Of a stretch of 64,000 nt of DNA, positions 16,332 through 25,972 are shown in pieces. Positions within the stretch are counted from its first letter, which is position 1. Every line of letters begins with the position of its first letter. Source of the DNA: Candidatus Aenigmatarchaeota archaeon (GTDB taxonomy: Archaea; Aenigmatarchaeota; Aenigmatarchaeia; CG10238-14; SCSR01); assembly GCA_016213525.1 (NCBI GenBank), contig JACRAE010000001.1:11268-75267 (forward strand). Direction: 5' to 3'. Both the position numbers and the translations under genes were made by a program. Below the pieces are notes generated by a model. The model worked only from the letters and a program-made list of their open reading frames with translations. It searched no databases and was not told the DNA's origin.

Positions 16332-16934
16332 CTACCTGGCTCCCTCCGACTCCCTCTCTATCCTCTCCCTCTCCTTGATGGCCTCGGACTTCGACGCGTC
16401 GTTGTTGTACGCGGCGATTATCTCCTCGGCGAGGGCGCCCGTCATGGTCTCCTTCTTGCCGAAGCTCCTCCTATAAGAAGTCTGCGCGAATATCTTCAGC
16501 GCCAGGTCCACCCTCCTCTGCGGGGACGTTATCACGGCGCGCCTCACTATCATCCCTCCGACCTGGTAGCCTGCTATCTCCTCCCTCGTCGCGGAGTTCT
16601 CTATCGCGTGCACGAGGACCTCGACTGGGTTCTTCTTCGTCACCTCCTCAACCCTCTCGAACGCGTTCTTTACTATGTTGTACGCGGTGAGGTACTTCCC
16701 GACGACCCTGCCCGAGCTGATTATGTGCTTCTTGCTCCTGTGGCCCGGCACCATTATCTTGTTGATGAGCCTCTCCACAATCGGCATGTGCGACTTGTGG
16801 AACTGCTGGGTCGCGTTCCTGCCCCCGGTCTTCGGCACTATAATGGGCGTTATGTTGATGTACCTCTCCAGTCCGCGGTCGCGGATCTGTATCCCCTCCG
16901 TGTCCCACCTTCCAAATAGCTTCATTTCAGACAT
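16332..16934 (-). CDS. rps7: 30S ribosomal protein S7 (uS7)
   Basis: 200 aa, beginning MKLFGRWDTEGI...; sits in the conserved position between S12 and EF-2. Confidence 0.95.
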   Translation of the reverse strand: MSEMKLFGRWDTEGIQIRDRGLERYINITPIIVPKTGGRNATQQFHKSHMPIVERLINKIMVPGHRSKKHIISSGRVVGKYLTAYNIVKNAFERVEEVTKKNPVEVLVHAIENSATREEIAGYQVGGMIVRRAVITSPQRRVDLALKIFAQTSYRRSFGKKETMTGALAEEIIAAYNNDASKSEAIKERERIERESEGAR

Positions 16935-16940
16935 TCATGA

Positions 16941-17363
16941 TCATCTCGTCGGCTTCTGCTTCCTTCCGGCCACTATCTCCTTCAGAGACACGCCGTTGAT
17001 CGCAATAACCTTGAACTTTATCCCTACCATGCTTCCCTTGCCTCCGCCCTGCGAGCCTCCCAGCGAGGTGACAGTGACCTCGTCGTGCTCGTTGACCTTC
17101 CCTATCGCCCCGGTGCCCGGGACGTGCGCCGTGACCTGGATGTTGTTCTTCATCAGCTGGACCCGGACGGCCTTGATGAGTCCGGACGACGGCTGCTTCT
17201 GCTCCACGGCCCTCTTCTCCAAAACTATTCCTTTCGCCATGGGTGCCCCCCTCAGAGGGTTCTTCCCCCAGAGCTTCAGGGCGCGGCTCTTCCACTTCGA
17301 CTTCTTCCATCTGAAGTGGTCCCTGTTCCTCTTTAATTTTCTTGCTCCATATTCGCCTGGCAT
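16941..17363 (-). CDS. rps12: 30S ribosomal protein S12 (uS12)
   Basis: 140 aa, containing ...GAPMAKGIVLEKRAVEQKQPSSGLIKAVRVQL... Confidence 0.95.
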   Translation of the reverse strand: MPGEYGARKLKRNRDHFRWKKSKWKSRALKLWGKNPLRGAPMAKGIVLEKRAVEQKQPSSGLIKAVRVQLMKNNIQVTAHVPGTGAIGKVNEHDEVTVTSLGGSQGGGKGSMVGIKFKVIAINGVSLKEIVAGRKQKPTR

Positions 17364-17376
17364 TTGTTTTTCCCCT

Positions 17377-17802
17377 TTATCGAACGATCAGGTCGTTCAC
17401 GTTGTGATTCCTTTGTAGTAATTCCTTAAATAACTTTATATTCCTCCCGTCGCGGCCGATTATCATAGCCTTGCTCCCCCTCTCGACCCTTATCTCGACG
17501 ACCTTGCCGCCGTTCTCCTCCTTCACCGTCACCTCGTTCGACTGCGGTATGAGGTTCTTCACGAACTTCTCCACGTCGCCGGAGTACTCGAATATCTTGA
17601 CGTTCTTCTTTATCGCCGCCTCGACGTGCTTCACGTTGCTCCCGTTCTTCCCTATCGCCGCGCCCGCGTCTCCCTCCTTCACGACGAAGTAGACGCAGCC
17701 GTTCTCCTGGTCGACCATGCAGTCCTTGGGCGAGGCGTGCGTCATGTTTTCGAAGAGGGTCATGAGCCTGAGCGTGTCCGTGTCAAAAGTTGCTACCTGC
17801 AT
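17377..17802 (-). CDS. nusA: archaeal NusA-like KH-domain termination factor
   Basis: 141 aa with two KH-type GxxG motifs (IGKNGSNV, IGRDGRNI), in the conserved position. Confidence 0.9.
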   Translation of the reverse strand: MQVATFDTDTLRLMTLFENMTHASPKDCMVDQENGCVYFVVKEGDAGAAIGKNGSNVKHVEAAIKKNVKIFEYSGDVEKFVKNLIPQSNEVTVKEENGGKVVEIRVERGSKAMIIGRDGRNIKLFKELLQRNHNVNDLIVR

Positions 17803-17807
17803 ACAAA

Positions 17808-18071
17808 CTAACTCTTTATGACAAGAACCGACACGGGGAACGGCTTTCCGCAGGCCGTGCCTAGGTCCTTGCTGCTCCCCTGGAAGACCTCCAGCTCCGC
17901 CCCTCCCGCCTGGGCGTTGTGCTTGATCTCCGCGCTCATGGCGTCCGGTATGTTGTTCGACACAACGACGATCTTGGCGCCGCCGCTCTTCATGGCCTTC
18001 ATCGACTCCCTGTAGCCGATTATCGCCTTGTCCGACTTCACGGCGGATTGTATGGTCCCTTCTATCGCCAT
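17808..18071 (-). CDS. rpl30e: 50S ribosomal protein L30e (eL30)
   Basis: 87 aa, located between rpoA'' and nusA as in most archaea. Confidence 0.9.
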   Translation of the reverse strand: MAIEGTIQSAVKSDKAIIGYRESMKAMKSGGAKIVVVSNNIPDAMSAEIKHNAQAGGAELEVFQGSSKDLGTACGKPFPVSVLVIKS

Positions 18072-19220
18072 CTACTCTTCCTTCTCCTCTGAATCCTCTT
18101 CTCCTATCTTGGATATAAGGTCGAACATTCCCGTTCCGGAGGGTATGACCTGCCCGATCATGACGTTCTCGAATATTCCGGTGAAGCTGTCCGAGTCCTT
18201 CCTCAGGCTTGCCTTCACGAGGTGCTTTATCGTCTCCTCGAACGCGGCCCTCGCCAATATGGACGTCTTCGCGCCGGCGACCCCGTACCTTCCGATGGAC
18301 TTTATCTCCCCGCCGAAGGTCATTATGTCCCCCAAAAGCATTATGTGCCTGACGTTGACGTCCAGGCCCTGCTCCTGCATCGTCTTCATCGCCTCCATCT
18401 TCATCAGGTTCCTCGCGGCCTCTATGCCGAGCACGGTCGCCGTCTCGTGTATGTCGTTCGTCACGGTCCTCGTGCTGTCCACCTCCTTCATGCCGAGTAT
18501 CGACTCGAGGTTGGAGCCTATCGTGTTGATTATCCAGTCGTCTCCCTCCCTCCTGACCACGGCGTTGTTCACGCCCTTCAGCCCCGTGATGTGGATGTTC
18601 ATCACCTTCTCCTTGATCTTCGTCAGCTCCTTCACGTCTATCTCCCCCTTCGCGACCACGACTATCTTGTCGCCCCTCGTCTTCGCGCCGGCGACGTCCT
18701 TCATGGCCTCGTTTATCGCGTTCACCACGGTCGAGTTCCTGCCCTTGTTCGTAAGCTCCATCTCGACCGCCGAGTCGCCGAGGTTGAGGGACACGGTGTC
18801 CACGAGCGTCTCGACGTACTTCTCCACTATGTCCTCTGCGAACTTCCTCGCCCCCTCGGCCGAGTTGTGCGCGCTCTTCAGGAAAATCGTCATCATCGGA
18901 GTCTCGAGCTCCTTCTTCGCATCGAATATCTCAATCAGCCTCGGGAGGCCGTAGGTCACGCGGATGCCCGCCGTACCGGCGAAGTGATACGTCCTCATCG
19001 TCATCTGCGTGGCGGGCTCGGATATGGACTGCGCCGCGATTATTCCGATGACGTCTCCGGGCTCGAACCTGCTCTCGTTGTACGCCTTCACAATTTCAAC
19101 CTCCAGCTTCTCCTTCTGGGCCTTGTTCAGCTTCTTGGCTGACGCAACCTTGTCCACTTCCTCCCTGATCTTCAGGGGGAGCTGCTCAATCAAAGAGTTT
19201 GTCTGCAATTCCTCTGACAT
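18072..19220 (-). CDS. rpoA2: DNA-directed RNA polymerase subunit A''
   Basis: 382 aa, equivalent to the C-terminal third of the largest RNAP subunit. It overlaps the end of rpoA1 by 35 nt. Confidence 0.95.
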   Translation of the reverse strand: MSEELQTNSLIEQLPLKIREEVDKVASAKKLNKAQKEKLEVEIVKAYNESRFEPGDVIGIIAAQSISEPATQMTMRTYHFAGTAGIRVTYGLPRLIEIFDAKKELETPMMTIFLKSAHNSAEGARKFAEDIVEKYVETLVDTVSLNLGDSAVEMELTNKGRNSTVVNAINEAMKDVAGAKTRGDKIVVVAKGEIDVKELTKIKEKVMNIHITGLKGVNNAVVRREGDDWIINTIGSNLESILGMKEVDSTRTVTNDIHETATVLGIEAARNLMKMEAMKTMQEQGLDVNVRHIMLLGDIMTFGGEIKSIGRYGVAGAKTSILARAAFEETIKHLVKASLRKDSDSFTGIFENVMIGQVIPSGTGMFDLISKIGEEDSEEKEE

Positions 19221-21675
19221 CTATTCCACCTTTCTCTATCTTTGCCGGGTCCAGCCCGTCTTCTCCAGGCAGGAACTGGACTATCCTGTTGGCCGCGTCG
19301 CGGATCGTTCCGTCGTACTCGACCTTCAGGTCCTGCAGGGCTCCTACGAGCCTCCTTTCCATGTAACCTGAATGCCTAGTCTTAAGAGACTTGTCCATCA
19401 GGCTCTCTCTCGAGTTGATCGCGTCGAAAAAGAATTCGAACGGAGTCAGTCCGTCCTTGAAGCCGTGTGCTACGAATCCCCTGGACTCGAGGGAGATGTC
19501 CTTCCTCTTGAAGTGCGGGAATATCCTCTCGTAGTACCCCCTTTCCATCCTCTCGCCCATGACCATCTCCTGACCCACCATGGCGGCGGTCTGAACTATG
19601 TTGATGAGGTCCCCCCTCGCGCCGCTCTTGGCCATCGTAAGCGTGTAGCTGTCCTTGATGTGGCTCTCCAGTACGGTCTGAACCTCGTTCAGCGTCTGGT
19701 TGAGCCTCCTCTTTATCATCGCTTCGAGCGACTCCTTCGGCGTCCTTCCCACGAGGGCCTTGAGCTCGCCCCTGTGGAACTGGTCGATCATCTCGTCGAC
19801 TTCCTTCCTGACCTTCTCGATGGCCGCCTTGATCTCGTCCTTCGCCTGCTTCGGCAGGTCCTGGTCGGATATGCTGACCGAGAAGCCGAGGCCCATGATG
19901 TACTCCGTGGCGAGCCTGGTTATGTTGTACAGGAACCTCTTCGCCGGGTACGGGCCGTACTGCTTCTCTATCTTGTCGAACATCTTGCCGTTCTCGGCGC
20001 CGATGCTCGCCTTGTCTATCACGCCCTCGACGAGCTTGCCCTTCTCGACGACGACCTTCTTCCCGGACTTGGACTTGCACTCTATCGAGAAGTCCTTCGG
20101 CAGGAAAAGGCTGAACACCTCCTTGCCGGTCATGCTCGCCTTGTCCGGCAGGGGCATGTCGGTGTCGACGGCGCGGACGAGCTGCACGAACTCCTCCCTC
20201 GTGAACTTCACGTCGTCCTGCGTCATAATGTACAAAGCGCTCAGGAAGTCCCTCACCGCCCCGATTATCGGCCCCGAGAACCTCGGGCTGCGGAAGTTCT
20301 TCGGCACAGCCATGAGTATCCTAGCCTCGGCCTGCGCCTCCTCTGTCTGCGGTATGTGGAGGTTCATCTCGTCTCCGTCGAAGTCCGCGTTGTACGGCGT
20401 CGTGACGCAGAGGTTCAGCCTCAGCGTCTTGAAGGGCATGACCCTTATCTTGTGGGCCATGATGCTCATTCTGTGGAGCGACGGCTGCCTGTTGAACAGG
20501 GAGATGTCGCCGTCCTTGATGTGCCTCTCGACGATGTAGCCCGTCGCGAGCTCCTTCGAAATCTCCTCCTTCGTGAGCTCGCTGACCTTCTTCCTCCTGC
20601 CGTCGGGCCTGATGACGTAGTTGGCGCCGGGCCAGGTGCCCGGGCCGTTCATAACAATCTTCCTCATCTCCTCCACGTTGCCGTCGTTGACGCGGATGGG
20701 TATCGTGAGCTCCCTCGCAAACTCGAGCGGGACGCCGACCTCGTCGATGTCTATCTTGGAGTCGGGCGAGGTTACGGTCCTGGCGGAGAAGTTCACCCTC
20801 TTTCCGGCGAGGTTGCCCCTGAACCTGCCCTCCTTCGTCTTGAGCCTCTGCGATATCGTCTTCAGGACCCTTCCGGACCTGTGCCTCGCCGGCGGCACCC
20901 CGGACACCTCGTTGTCGAAGTACGTCGATATGTGGTACTGCAGCAGCTCCCACAGGTCCTCTATAATGAAGTCCGGCGCGCCGAGGTCTATGTTCTCCTT
21001 CAGCCTCTCGTTGATCCTGACCACGTCGACGAGCTTGTGCGTCAGGTCGTCCTCCGACCTCTCCCCAGTCTCGAGCGTGATGGACGGCCTCACCGTCACC
21101 GGCGGTATCGGCAGCAGCGTGATGACCATGTGCTCCGGCCTGATCCTTATACCGATCAGGTCCAGGTCGTCGTTCGATATCTTGACCAGCCTGTCCCTTA
21201 TCGCGGCCTGGTTCAGCGTCTCGTTGTTCTCGAGGAACGAATAAGGAGGTATGAACTTCCACTTCTTCTGCTCGGCGCTGCACCACGGGCACTTCTTCTT
21301 CATCCCCTTGGCGAGCTCCTTGAGCGGCAGCCTCTTCTCCCTGAACGCCTCTATGTCCTTCTCGGCGACGAGGATGCGGTTGCAGCCCCTGCAGAACATC
21401 TTCAGCACGGTGAAAAGTATCTTGGCGTAGTGGACGTGCATTATCGGCCTCGTCAGCTCCAGGTATCCGAAGTGTCCCTGGCAGTCGCCTATCGAGCTGC
21501 CGCAGGTCCTGCACCTGACCCCCGGGTCGACGACCCCGAGCCTCGGGTCCATCAGGCCGCCCTCTATCGGGTAGCCTTCCTGGTCGTACAGCTCGGTCTT
21601 GGTGATCCTCGCGGCGCTCTGCTTCTTGATCATCTCCGAGTCGACCACTGCAAATTCAATCTTGTCAACTATCAT
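19186..21675 (-). CDS. rpoA1: DNA-directed RNA polymerase subunit A'
   Basis: 829 aa with N-terminal zinc motifs (CRTCGSS...C) and the catalytic NADFDGDEMN. Confidence 0.97.
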   Translation of the reverse strand: MIVDKIEFAVVDSEMIKKQSAARITKTELYDQEGYPIEGGLMDPRLGVVDPGVRCRTCGSSIGDCQGHFGYLELTRPIMHVHYAKILFTVLKMFCRGCNRILVAEKDIEAFREKRLPLKELAKGMKKKCPWCSAEQKKWKFIPPYSFLENNETLNQAAIRDRLVKISNDDLDLIGIRIRPEHMVITLLPIPPVTVRPSITLETGERSEDDLTHKLVDVVRINERLKENIDLGAPDFIIEDLWELLQYHISTYFDNEVSGVPPARHRSGRVLKTISQRLKTKEGRFRGNLAGKRVNFSARTVTSPDSKIDIDEVGVPLEFARELTIPIRVNDGNVEEMRKIVMNGPGTWPGANYVIRPDGRRKKVSELTKEEISKELATGYIVERHIKDGDISLFNRQPSLHRMSIMAHKIRVMPFKTLRLNLCVTTPYNADFDGDEMNLHIPQTEEAQAEARILMAVPKNFRSPRFSGPIIGAVRDFLSALYIMTQDDVKFTREEFVQLVRAVDTDMPLPDKASMTGKEVFSLFLPKDFSIECKSKSGKKVVVEKGKLVEGVIDKASIGAENGKMFDKIEKQYGPYPAKRFLYNITRLATEYIMGLGFSVSISDQDLPKQAKDEIKAAIEKVRKEVDEMIDQFHRGELKALVGRTPKESLEAMIKRRLNQTLNEVQTVLESHIKDSYTLTMAKSGARGDLINIVQTAAMVGQEMVMGERMERGYYERIFPHFKRKDISLESRGFVAHGFKDGLTPFEFFFDAINSRESLMDKSLKTRHSGYMERRLVGALQDLKVEYDGTIRDAANRIVQFLPGEDGLDPAKIEKGGIDVRGIADKLFD

Positions 21676-21679
21676 GTTC

Positions 21680-23503
21680 CTATTCCTCCTTCATCATGAG
21701 CTTCGGGTATATCAGCATGCTCCTAAGCTCGTCGAGCATCAGCTTGAACGCGTAGCTCATCTCCACCTCTATGATCTTGCTGTTTCCGCATATCGGGCAG
21801 ACGTTCTTGTTCTTCATCTTGTCGTTGTGCGCGACCAGTCCGCACTCGCTGCAGATCGGGACCGTGGACCTGTCGGAGTCGAACCTTTCCTTCAGCACGA
21901 GCGCGGCGCCGTGCGCAATCAGGCAGTCCTTCTCCATCTCTCCCAGCCTCAGGCCGCCTTCCTTGCTCCTTCCCTCCGTCGGCTGCTTCGTGAGCAGGGT
22001 CACGGGGCCCCTCGACCTCGCGTGTATCTTGTTCGACACGAGGTGGTCGAGCTTCTGGTAGAAGCAGCTGCCTATCAGCACCTCGGACTCCAGCTTCCTG
22101 CCCGTCCTGGCGTCGTACATCGGCTCCCTCCCGTCGTCGCGGAATCCGTGCTTAGCCAACAAAGACCTTATCTCGTTCTCGGGCGTCGGGCTGAATATCG
22201 GCGAGTAGACTATGTTGCCCGACAGCGCCGCGACCTTGCCCGCTATGATCTCCAGCAGCTTCCCCATGGTCATTCTGGACGGGATTCCGTGCGGGTTGAA
22301 CATTATGTCCGGGACTATCCCGTCCTCTGTGAAGGGCATGTCCTCCTCCGGGACTATGAGGCCTATTATTCCCTTCTGCCCGTGCCTGGACGCGAGCTTG
22401 TCTCCGATCTCGGGCACCTTCTGGTCCCTCACCAGCACCTTGATCAACTTCGTGCCGTCCGTAGTCTCGGACAAGAACACGCGGTCGACTATTCCGTTGT
22501 CCCCGTACCTCAGCTTGACTGAGGTCTCGCGGATGTTCTCCACCCCGGTGATGAACTGGTCCATCGTCCCGAGGAACCTCAGCGGGGACATCCTTCCGAT
22601 GAGAACGTCCTCGGACACGACCTTCTCCTCCGGGTCGATTATCCCGTCCTGGGGCAGGTGCTTGTAGGCGTCCTCGCCGGCGTACCCCCTGACCCCCGCC
22701 TCCGGGACGCCGATTATGTCCTCCTGGCCTCCGAGGTACCTCTTCTGCTCCGCCTCGTAGCTCCTGTACAGATACGACCACAGGAGGCCCCTCTGCAGCG
22801 ACGACTGGTTTATGACGACCGCGTCCTCTATGTTGTAGCCCTCGTAGCATCCCAGCGCGATGACGACGTTCATGCCGTTGGGGTGCTCCTTATAATTGAT
22901 TATCTTGTGGGCGTGCGTCTGCACGAGCGGCTGCTGCGGGTAGACCATGACGTTCGACTTCGTGTCCGTCCTCTGGAGGAAGTTAGTCGTGAAGAGTCCG
23001 ATGCTCTGCCCGACCATCTTCGCGCCGTAGTTGACCCTGTCTCCCCTGTCGAACTCAGCGTACGGGATGAAGGACGCCGAGAAGCCGAGTATGATGGAGG
23101 GGTCGAGCTCGACGTGCGTGTGCTCCTGCGTTATGTTCTCGGGCCTGAGCGCTATGTAGGAGTTCTCCTCCTCCTCGGAGTCGAGGTACTCGATCAGGCC
23201 GTTCTTTATCAGGTCGTCCCACATTATCTCCTTCCTCTTGATCTTGTCGACGTGCTCCTGAGTGAGCTTCGACTTGCCGCCCTCCACGACTATCAGCGGC
23301 CTCCTGACCCTCCCCGTGTCCGTGACGATCTTGACCTCGCCCGTGTGCTTGTGGTACGCGACGTTGACCTGGTCCGGCAGCTGGCCCGACCTTCTCTTCG
23401 CCTTTACCTCGGTCACTATGGACTCCGGGTCCGTCGTCGGGCCTAGGTACTTTCCGTCGAGGAAGACTTCCGCCCTTGTCTGCTGTTTCTCCGCCATAAT
23501 CAT
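21680..23503 (-). CDS. rpoB1: DNA-directed RNA polymerase subunit B' (C-terminal part of split RpoB)
   Basis: 607 aa with GDKLASRHGQKG and the C-terminal zinc ribbon CSECG...CPICG. Confidence 0.96.
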   Translation of the reverse strand: MIMAEKQQTRAEVFLDGKYLGPTTDPESIVTEVKAKRRSGQLPDQVNVAYHKHTGEVKIVTDTGRVRRPLIVVEGGKSKLTQEHVDKIKRKEIMWDDLIKNGLIEYLDSEEEENSYIALRPENITQEHTHVELDPSIILGFSASFIPYAEFDRGDRVNYGAKMVGQSIGLFTTNFLQRTDTKSNVMVYPQQPLVQTHAHKIINYKEHPNGMNVVIALGCYEGYNIEDAVVINQSSLQRGLLWSYLYRSYEAEQKRYLGGQEDIIGVPEAGVRGYAGEDAYKHLPQDGIIDPEEKVVSEDVLIGRMSPLRFLGTMDQFITGVENIRETSVKLRYGDNGIVDRVFLSETTDGTKLIKVLVRDQKVPEIGDKLASRHGQKGIIGLIVPEEDMPFTEDGIVPDIMFNPHGIPSRMTMGKLLEIIAGKVAALSGNIVYSPIFSPTPENEIRSLLAKHGFRDDGREPMYDARTGRKLESEVLIGSCFYQKLDHLVSNKIHARSRGPVTLLTKQPTEGRSKEGGLRLGEMEKDCLIAHGAALVLKERFDSDRSTVPICSECGLVAHNDKMKNKNVCPICGNSKIIEVEMSYAFKLMLDELRSMLIYPKLMMKEE

Positions 23504-24987
23504 TTACCGCCCTTCGTAACTATGCTCTGCACAGCCTTCAGCTCCTTGTCCGTGATTCCCTTCGTCACCTCGGCCGTGATGGCCATGTACTTCCTCAGGC
23601 CGATGGTCGCACCCTCCGGAGTCTCGCTCGTGCACAGCTTGCCCCAGTGCGTCGGGTGGAGCTCCCTCGCCTCGAAGTGCTCCTGCGTCGACGTGAGCGG
23701 GGACAGGACGTTCCTCATGTGGGATATCGTCTTGATGTAGCTACCCCTCTCGAGCCTCTGGCTGACTCCGGTCCTTCCCCCAACCCAGGATCCTATCGCG
23801 AGCGCCGAGACGAGCTGGTTCGTCAGCACGTTGGACTCTACGATGGCCTGCATCGGCGGCAGCCTTCCCCTCTTCGTCAGCTTCTGGTAGTTGTAGGTTA
23901 TCCTGGTTATCAGTCCCCACTTGCCCAAAAGTATCGACCTCAAAAGAATCTCCAGCAGGTCGCCGGCGAGCCTGAGCCTCTTGTTCGCGTAGTGGTCCAG
24001 GTCGTCTTCCTCCGTCTTTCCGAGGTGCAGCTTCAGGAGCTTCTCGACAGCCTTGCCGAGGAACAGCGCCTTCGCCACCCTGGACGACGGGTCCTGTCCC
24101 AGGTGGGGCAGCAGATACCTGTCGACGAGCTTGATGGCGCGGTCCATCCTGTACTGCTCCTGCGGGATCTTTATGTGGAGCCCTATGGCGTCGAGGCCCT
24201 TTTCCTTCGTGGCTATGTCGATCTCGTACAGGTTCACGAAGAACTCCTCTTCGATGGCCGGGTCCGGGGATATCGCGTCCACCACGTTCTTGTCGCTCTC
24301 CAGGCCGAGCGCCTTGAGCAAAATCGCAATCGGCAGCTTGTTCACGTTGGCGAAGCTTATCGTGATGACGCCGTCCTTCTTCCTCTCGAGCAGGTGCCTC
24401 TGGACGTAGCCGTCCTTCTCGGAGTGCACCCTGGCAATCTCCGTCACGCTGCCCCCGCCTTCCACCTTGGCGGTGATTATCCTGTTCTGGGCTATCTCCT
24501 CCACGAGTACGAGTATCCTCTCGGTGCCGTTGACGACGAAGTAGCCTCCCTGGTCGTCCGGGTCCTCGCCGGCCTTGATCAACTCCTCCCTCCCCATCTG
24601 CGCAAGGGGGCATATCCTGGACTTCACCATGACGGGAAGGTCGCCGAAGTTCACGACGACGGACTCGCTCTCTATCCCGTTCAGCACCGGAGTCATCTCG
24701 ATGTACATCGGCGCCGAGTACGTCAGGTTCCTTATCCTCGCCTCGGACGGCATGACGTCCCTCACGGAGCCGTCCGCCTCCTTCACGCTGGGGCCGCCTA
24801 TCTTGAACTCTCCGAGCTTGATCTTGAACTCGCCCAGGTCCGGGACCTCCGGCTTGATGGTCCCGATTTCGCTGAGGACCTTCGGTATCCTCCTCGTTAT
24901 GAAGTCGTTATAAGAATCGATCTGGAACCTGACGAACCCCTTCTGATGGGCGTAGGCCTCCATGAGGTTGATGAAGTTGTTGTTCAT
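23500..24987 (-). CDS. rpoB2: DNA-directed RNA polymerase subunit B'' (N-terminal part of split RpoB)
   Basis: 495 aa, with 4-nt overlaps to both rpoH and rpoB1. Confidence 0.96.
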   Translation of the reverse strand: MNNNFINLMEAYAHQKGFVRFQIDSYNDFITRRIPKVLSEIGTIKPEVPDLGEFKIKLGEFKIGGPSVKEADGSVRDVMPSEARIRNLTYSAPMYIEMTPVLNGIESESVVVNFGDLPVMVKSRICPLAQMGREELIKAGEDPDDQGGYFVVNGTERILVLVEEIAQNRIITAKVEGGGSVTEIARVHSEKDGYVQRHLLERKKDGVITISFANVNKLPIAILLKALGLESDKNVVDAISPDPAIEEEFFVNLYEIDIATKEKGLDAIGLHIKIPQEQYRMDRAIKLVDRYLLPHLGQDPSSRVAKALFLGKAVEKLLKLHLGKTEEDDLDHYANKRLRLAGDLLEILLRSILLGKWGLITRITYNYQKLTKRGRLPPMQAIVESNVLTNQLVSALAIGSWVGGRTGVSQRLERGSYIKTISHMRNVLSPLTSTQEHFEARELHPTHWGKLCTSETPEGATIGLRKYMAITAEVTKGITDKELKAVQSIVTKGGK

Positions 24988-25226
24988 GCCTTGATCACAA
25001 CCCTGTAATATGTCGTCTCGCCCGCCGTCTCGCTCTTCCTGGCAATCCTCAGGACGTCGCCGGGCTTCGCGCCCATCATGACCGCCATCGGGTCGGTCTC
25101 GAGCATCCTAGGGAACTGGCGGAGAGTTATGCCGTACTTCTTCAGAATCTCTTCCTTCTGCTTGGCGTCCAGGAGTTCGTGCTTCGGTACGAGCGAGTGC
25201 TTGGTGATGTCGAACTCCTTTGTCAT
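24984..25226 (-). CDS. rpoH: DNA-directed RNA polymerase subunit H
   Basis: 80 aa. HSLVPKHELL...GDVLRIARKSETAGETTYYRVV is typical of RpoH/Rpb5-C. GGTGAT lies just upstream of the ATG. Confidence 0.93.
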   Translation of the reverse strand: MTKEFDITKHSLVPKHELLDAKQKEEILKKYGITLRQFPRMLETDPMAVMMGAKPGDVLRIARKSETAGETTYYRVVIKA

Positions 25227-25495
25227 GGGGAATCACCAATCCAAGCGCCCGCGCAACGCGCAGGCCGCAAAAACGAACATGTGATAGAAGTACGACACGC
25301 TGACCTTGAATGTGTGGGTGAGTGTTTGTGTGGGGAGGTTTCCAATTATATCGATGCACCATTCTCGAGATGGCTGCCTGTGACCAAGGGCCACGGGACA
25401 ACTAGTATTAGAATCTAGCCTTCTTAAAGCTAACGATTTTCATCGTTTTGTCTTAAAAAACTGCAGTCCGGCGCGAATCGGGAATAAATGAGAAG

Positions 25496-25568
25496 CGCCC
25501 AGATCGGGATTTGAACCCGAGTCTCAACCGTGACAGGGTTGCATCCTAGACCACTAGACGATCTGAGC
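25496..25568 (-). tRNA. tRNA-Asp (GUC)
   Basis: Hand-folded cloverleaf: GCTCAGA/TCTGGGC acceptor, CAACC-CTGTCAC-GGTTG anticodon arm, TCGGG-TTCAAAT-CCCGA T-arm. No CCA is encoded. Confidence 0.85.
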
Positions 25569-25643
25569 ACCTTCTAGATTATTTCTTGATGATTCTATTT
25601 TAATAAGCTTTGGAGGAGGAAGGAAACCCTGAAAATTATAATT

Positions 25644-25760
<117 letters not shown>

Positions 25761-25781
25761 GAAATAACTCTCCATTCAAAG

Positions 25782-25789
25782 TTTATAAA
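25782..25789 (-). promoter_or_regulatory. TATA box for the 5S rRNA gene
   Basis: TTTATAAA is centred about 26 nt upstream of the inferred 5S 5' end. Confidence 0.5.
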
Positions 25790-25821
25790 GTTATTCCGGC
25801 CGGCGCCAGAAAAATAAAAAG

Positions 25822-25937
25822 TCCCCCGAGCCGGATTTGAACCAGCAACCCTTCGCTTACTGCACGAGCAATTCCTGGCTGACCAATGCCATAGCAAAGA
25901 TCTACAGGCGAATGCTCTACCGTTGAGCTATCGGGGG
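25822..25937 (-). tRNA. tRNA-Tyr (GUA) with an approximately 44-nt intron at the canonical 37/38 position
   Basis: The CCCCCGA/TCGGGGG acceptor gives the C1:G72 archaeal Tyr identity pair. The TTCGC...GCGAA anticodon stem encloses 51 nt beginning CTGTAG. The T-arm is GCTGG-TTCAAAT-CCGGC, and a T-run follows the 3' end. Confidence 0.85.
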
Positions 25938-25972
25938 ACGATATAGAAATACGGTCGGCAAGGGATAAAAAG

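Noticed and set aside
14505-16919. An 804-aa plus-strand ORF, together with similar long ORFs at 19372-21699 (+), 3802-5574 (-), 14101-16131 (-), 23647-25008 (+), 35643-36755 (-) and 28306-29442 (-).
   Set aside because: They lie antisense or out of frame to unmistakable housekeeping genes (aEF-2, rpoA', pyk, rpoB'', cca, lig). Their translations are low-complexity Arg/Leu/Pro/Gly-rich strings of the kind GC-rich coding DNA typically produces. I treat them as artefacts rather than overlapping genes.
19186-19220. The 35-nt overlap between rpoA' and rpoA'' as a possible frameshift or fusion signal.
   Set aside because: Both ORFs are full-length and have normal termini for the split subunits. 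Short overlaps are common in this compact genome, so no recoding signal is needed.
25270-25310. A possible C/D-box sRNA (tgtgatag ... gctga) in the rpoH upstream spacer.
   Set aside because: The C box is not RUGAUGA. There is no C'/D' pair or terminal stem, and the spacing does not fit.
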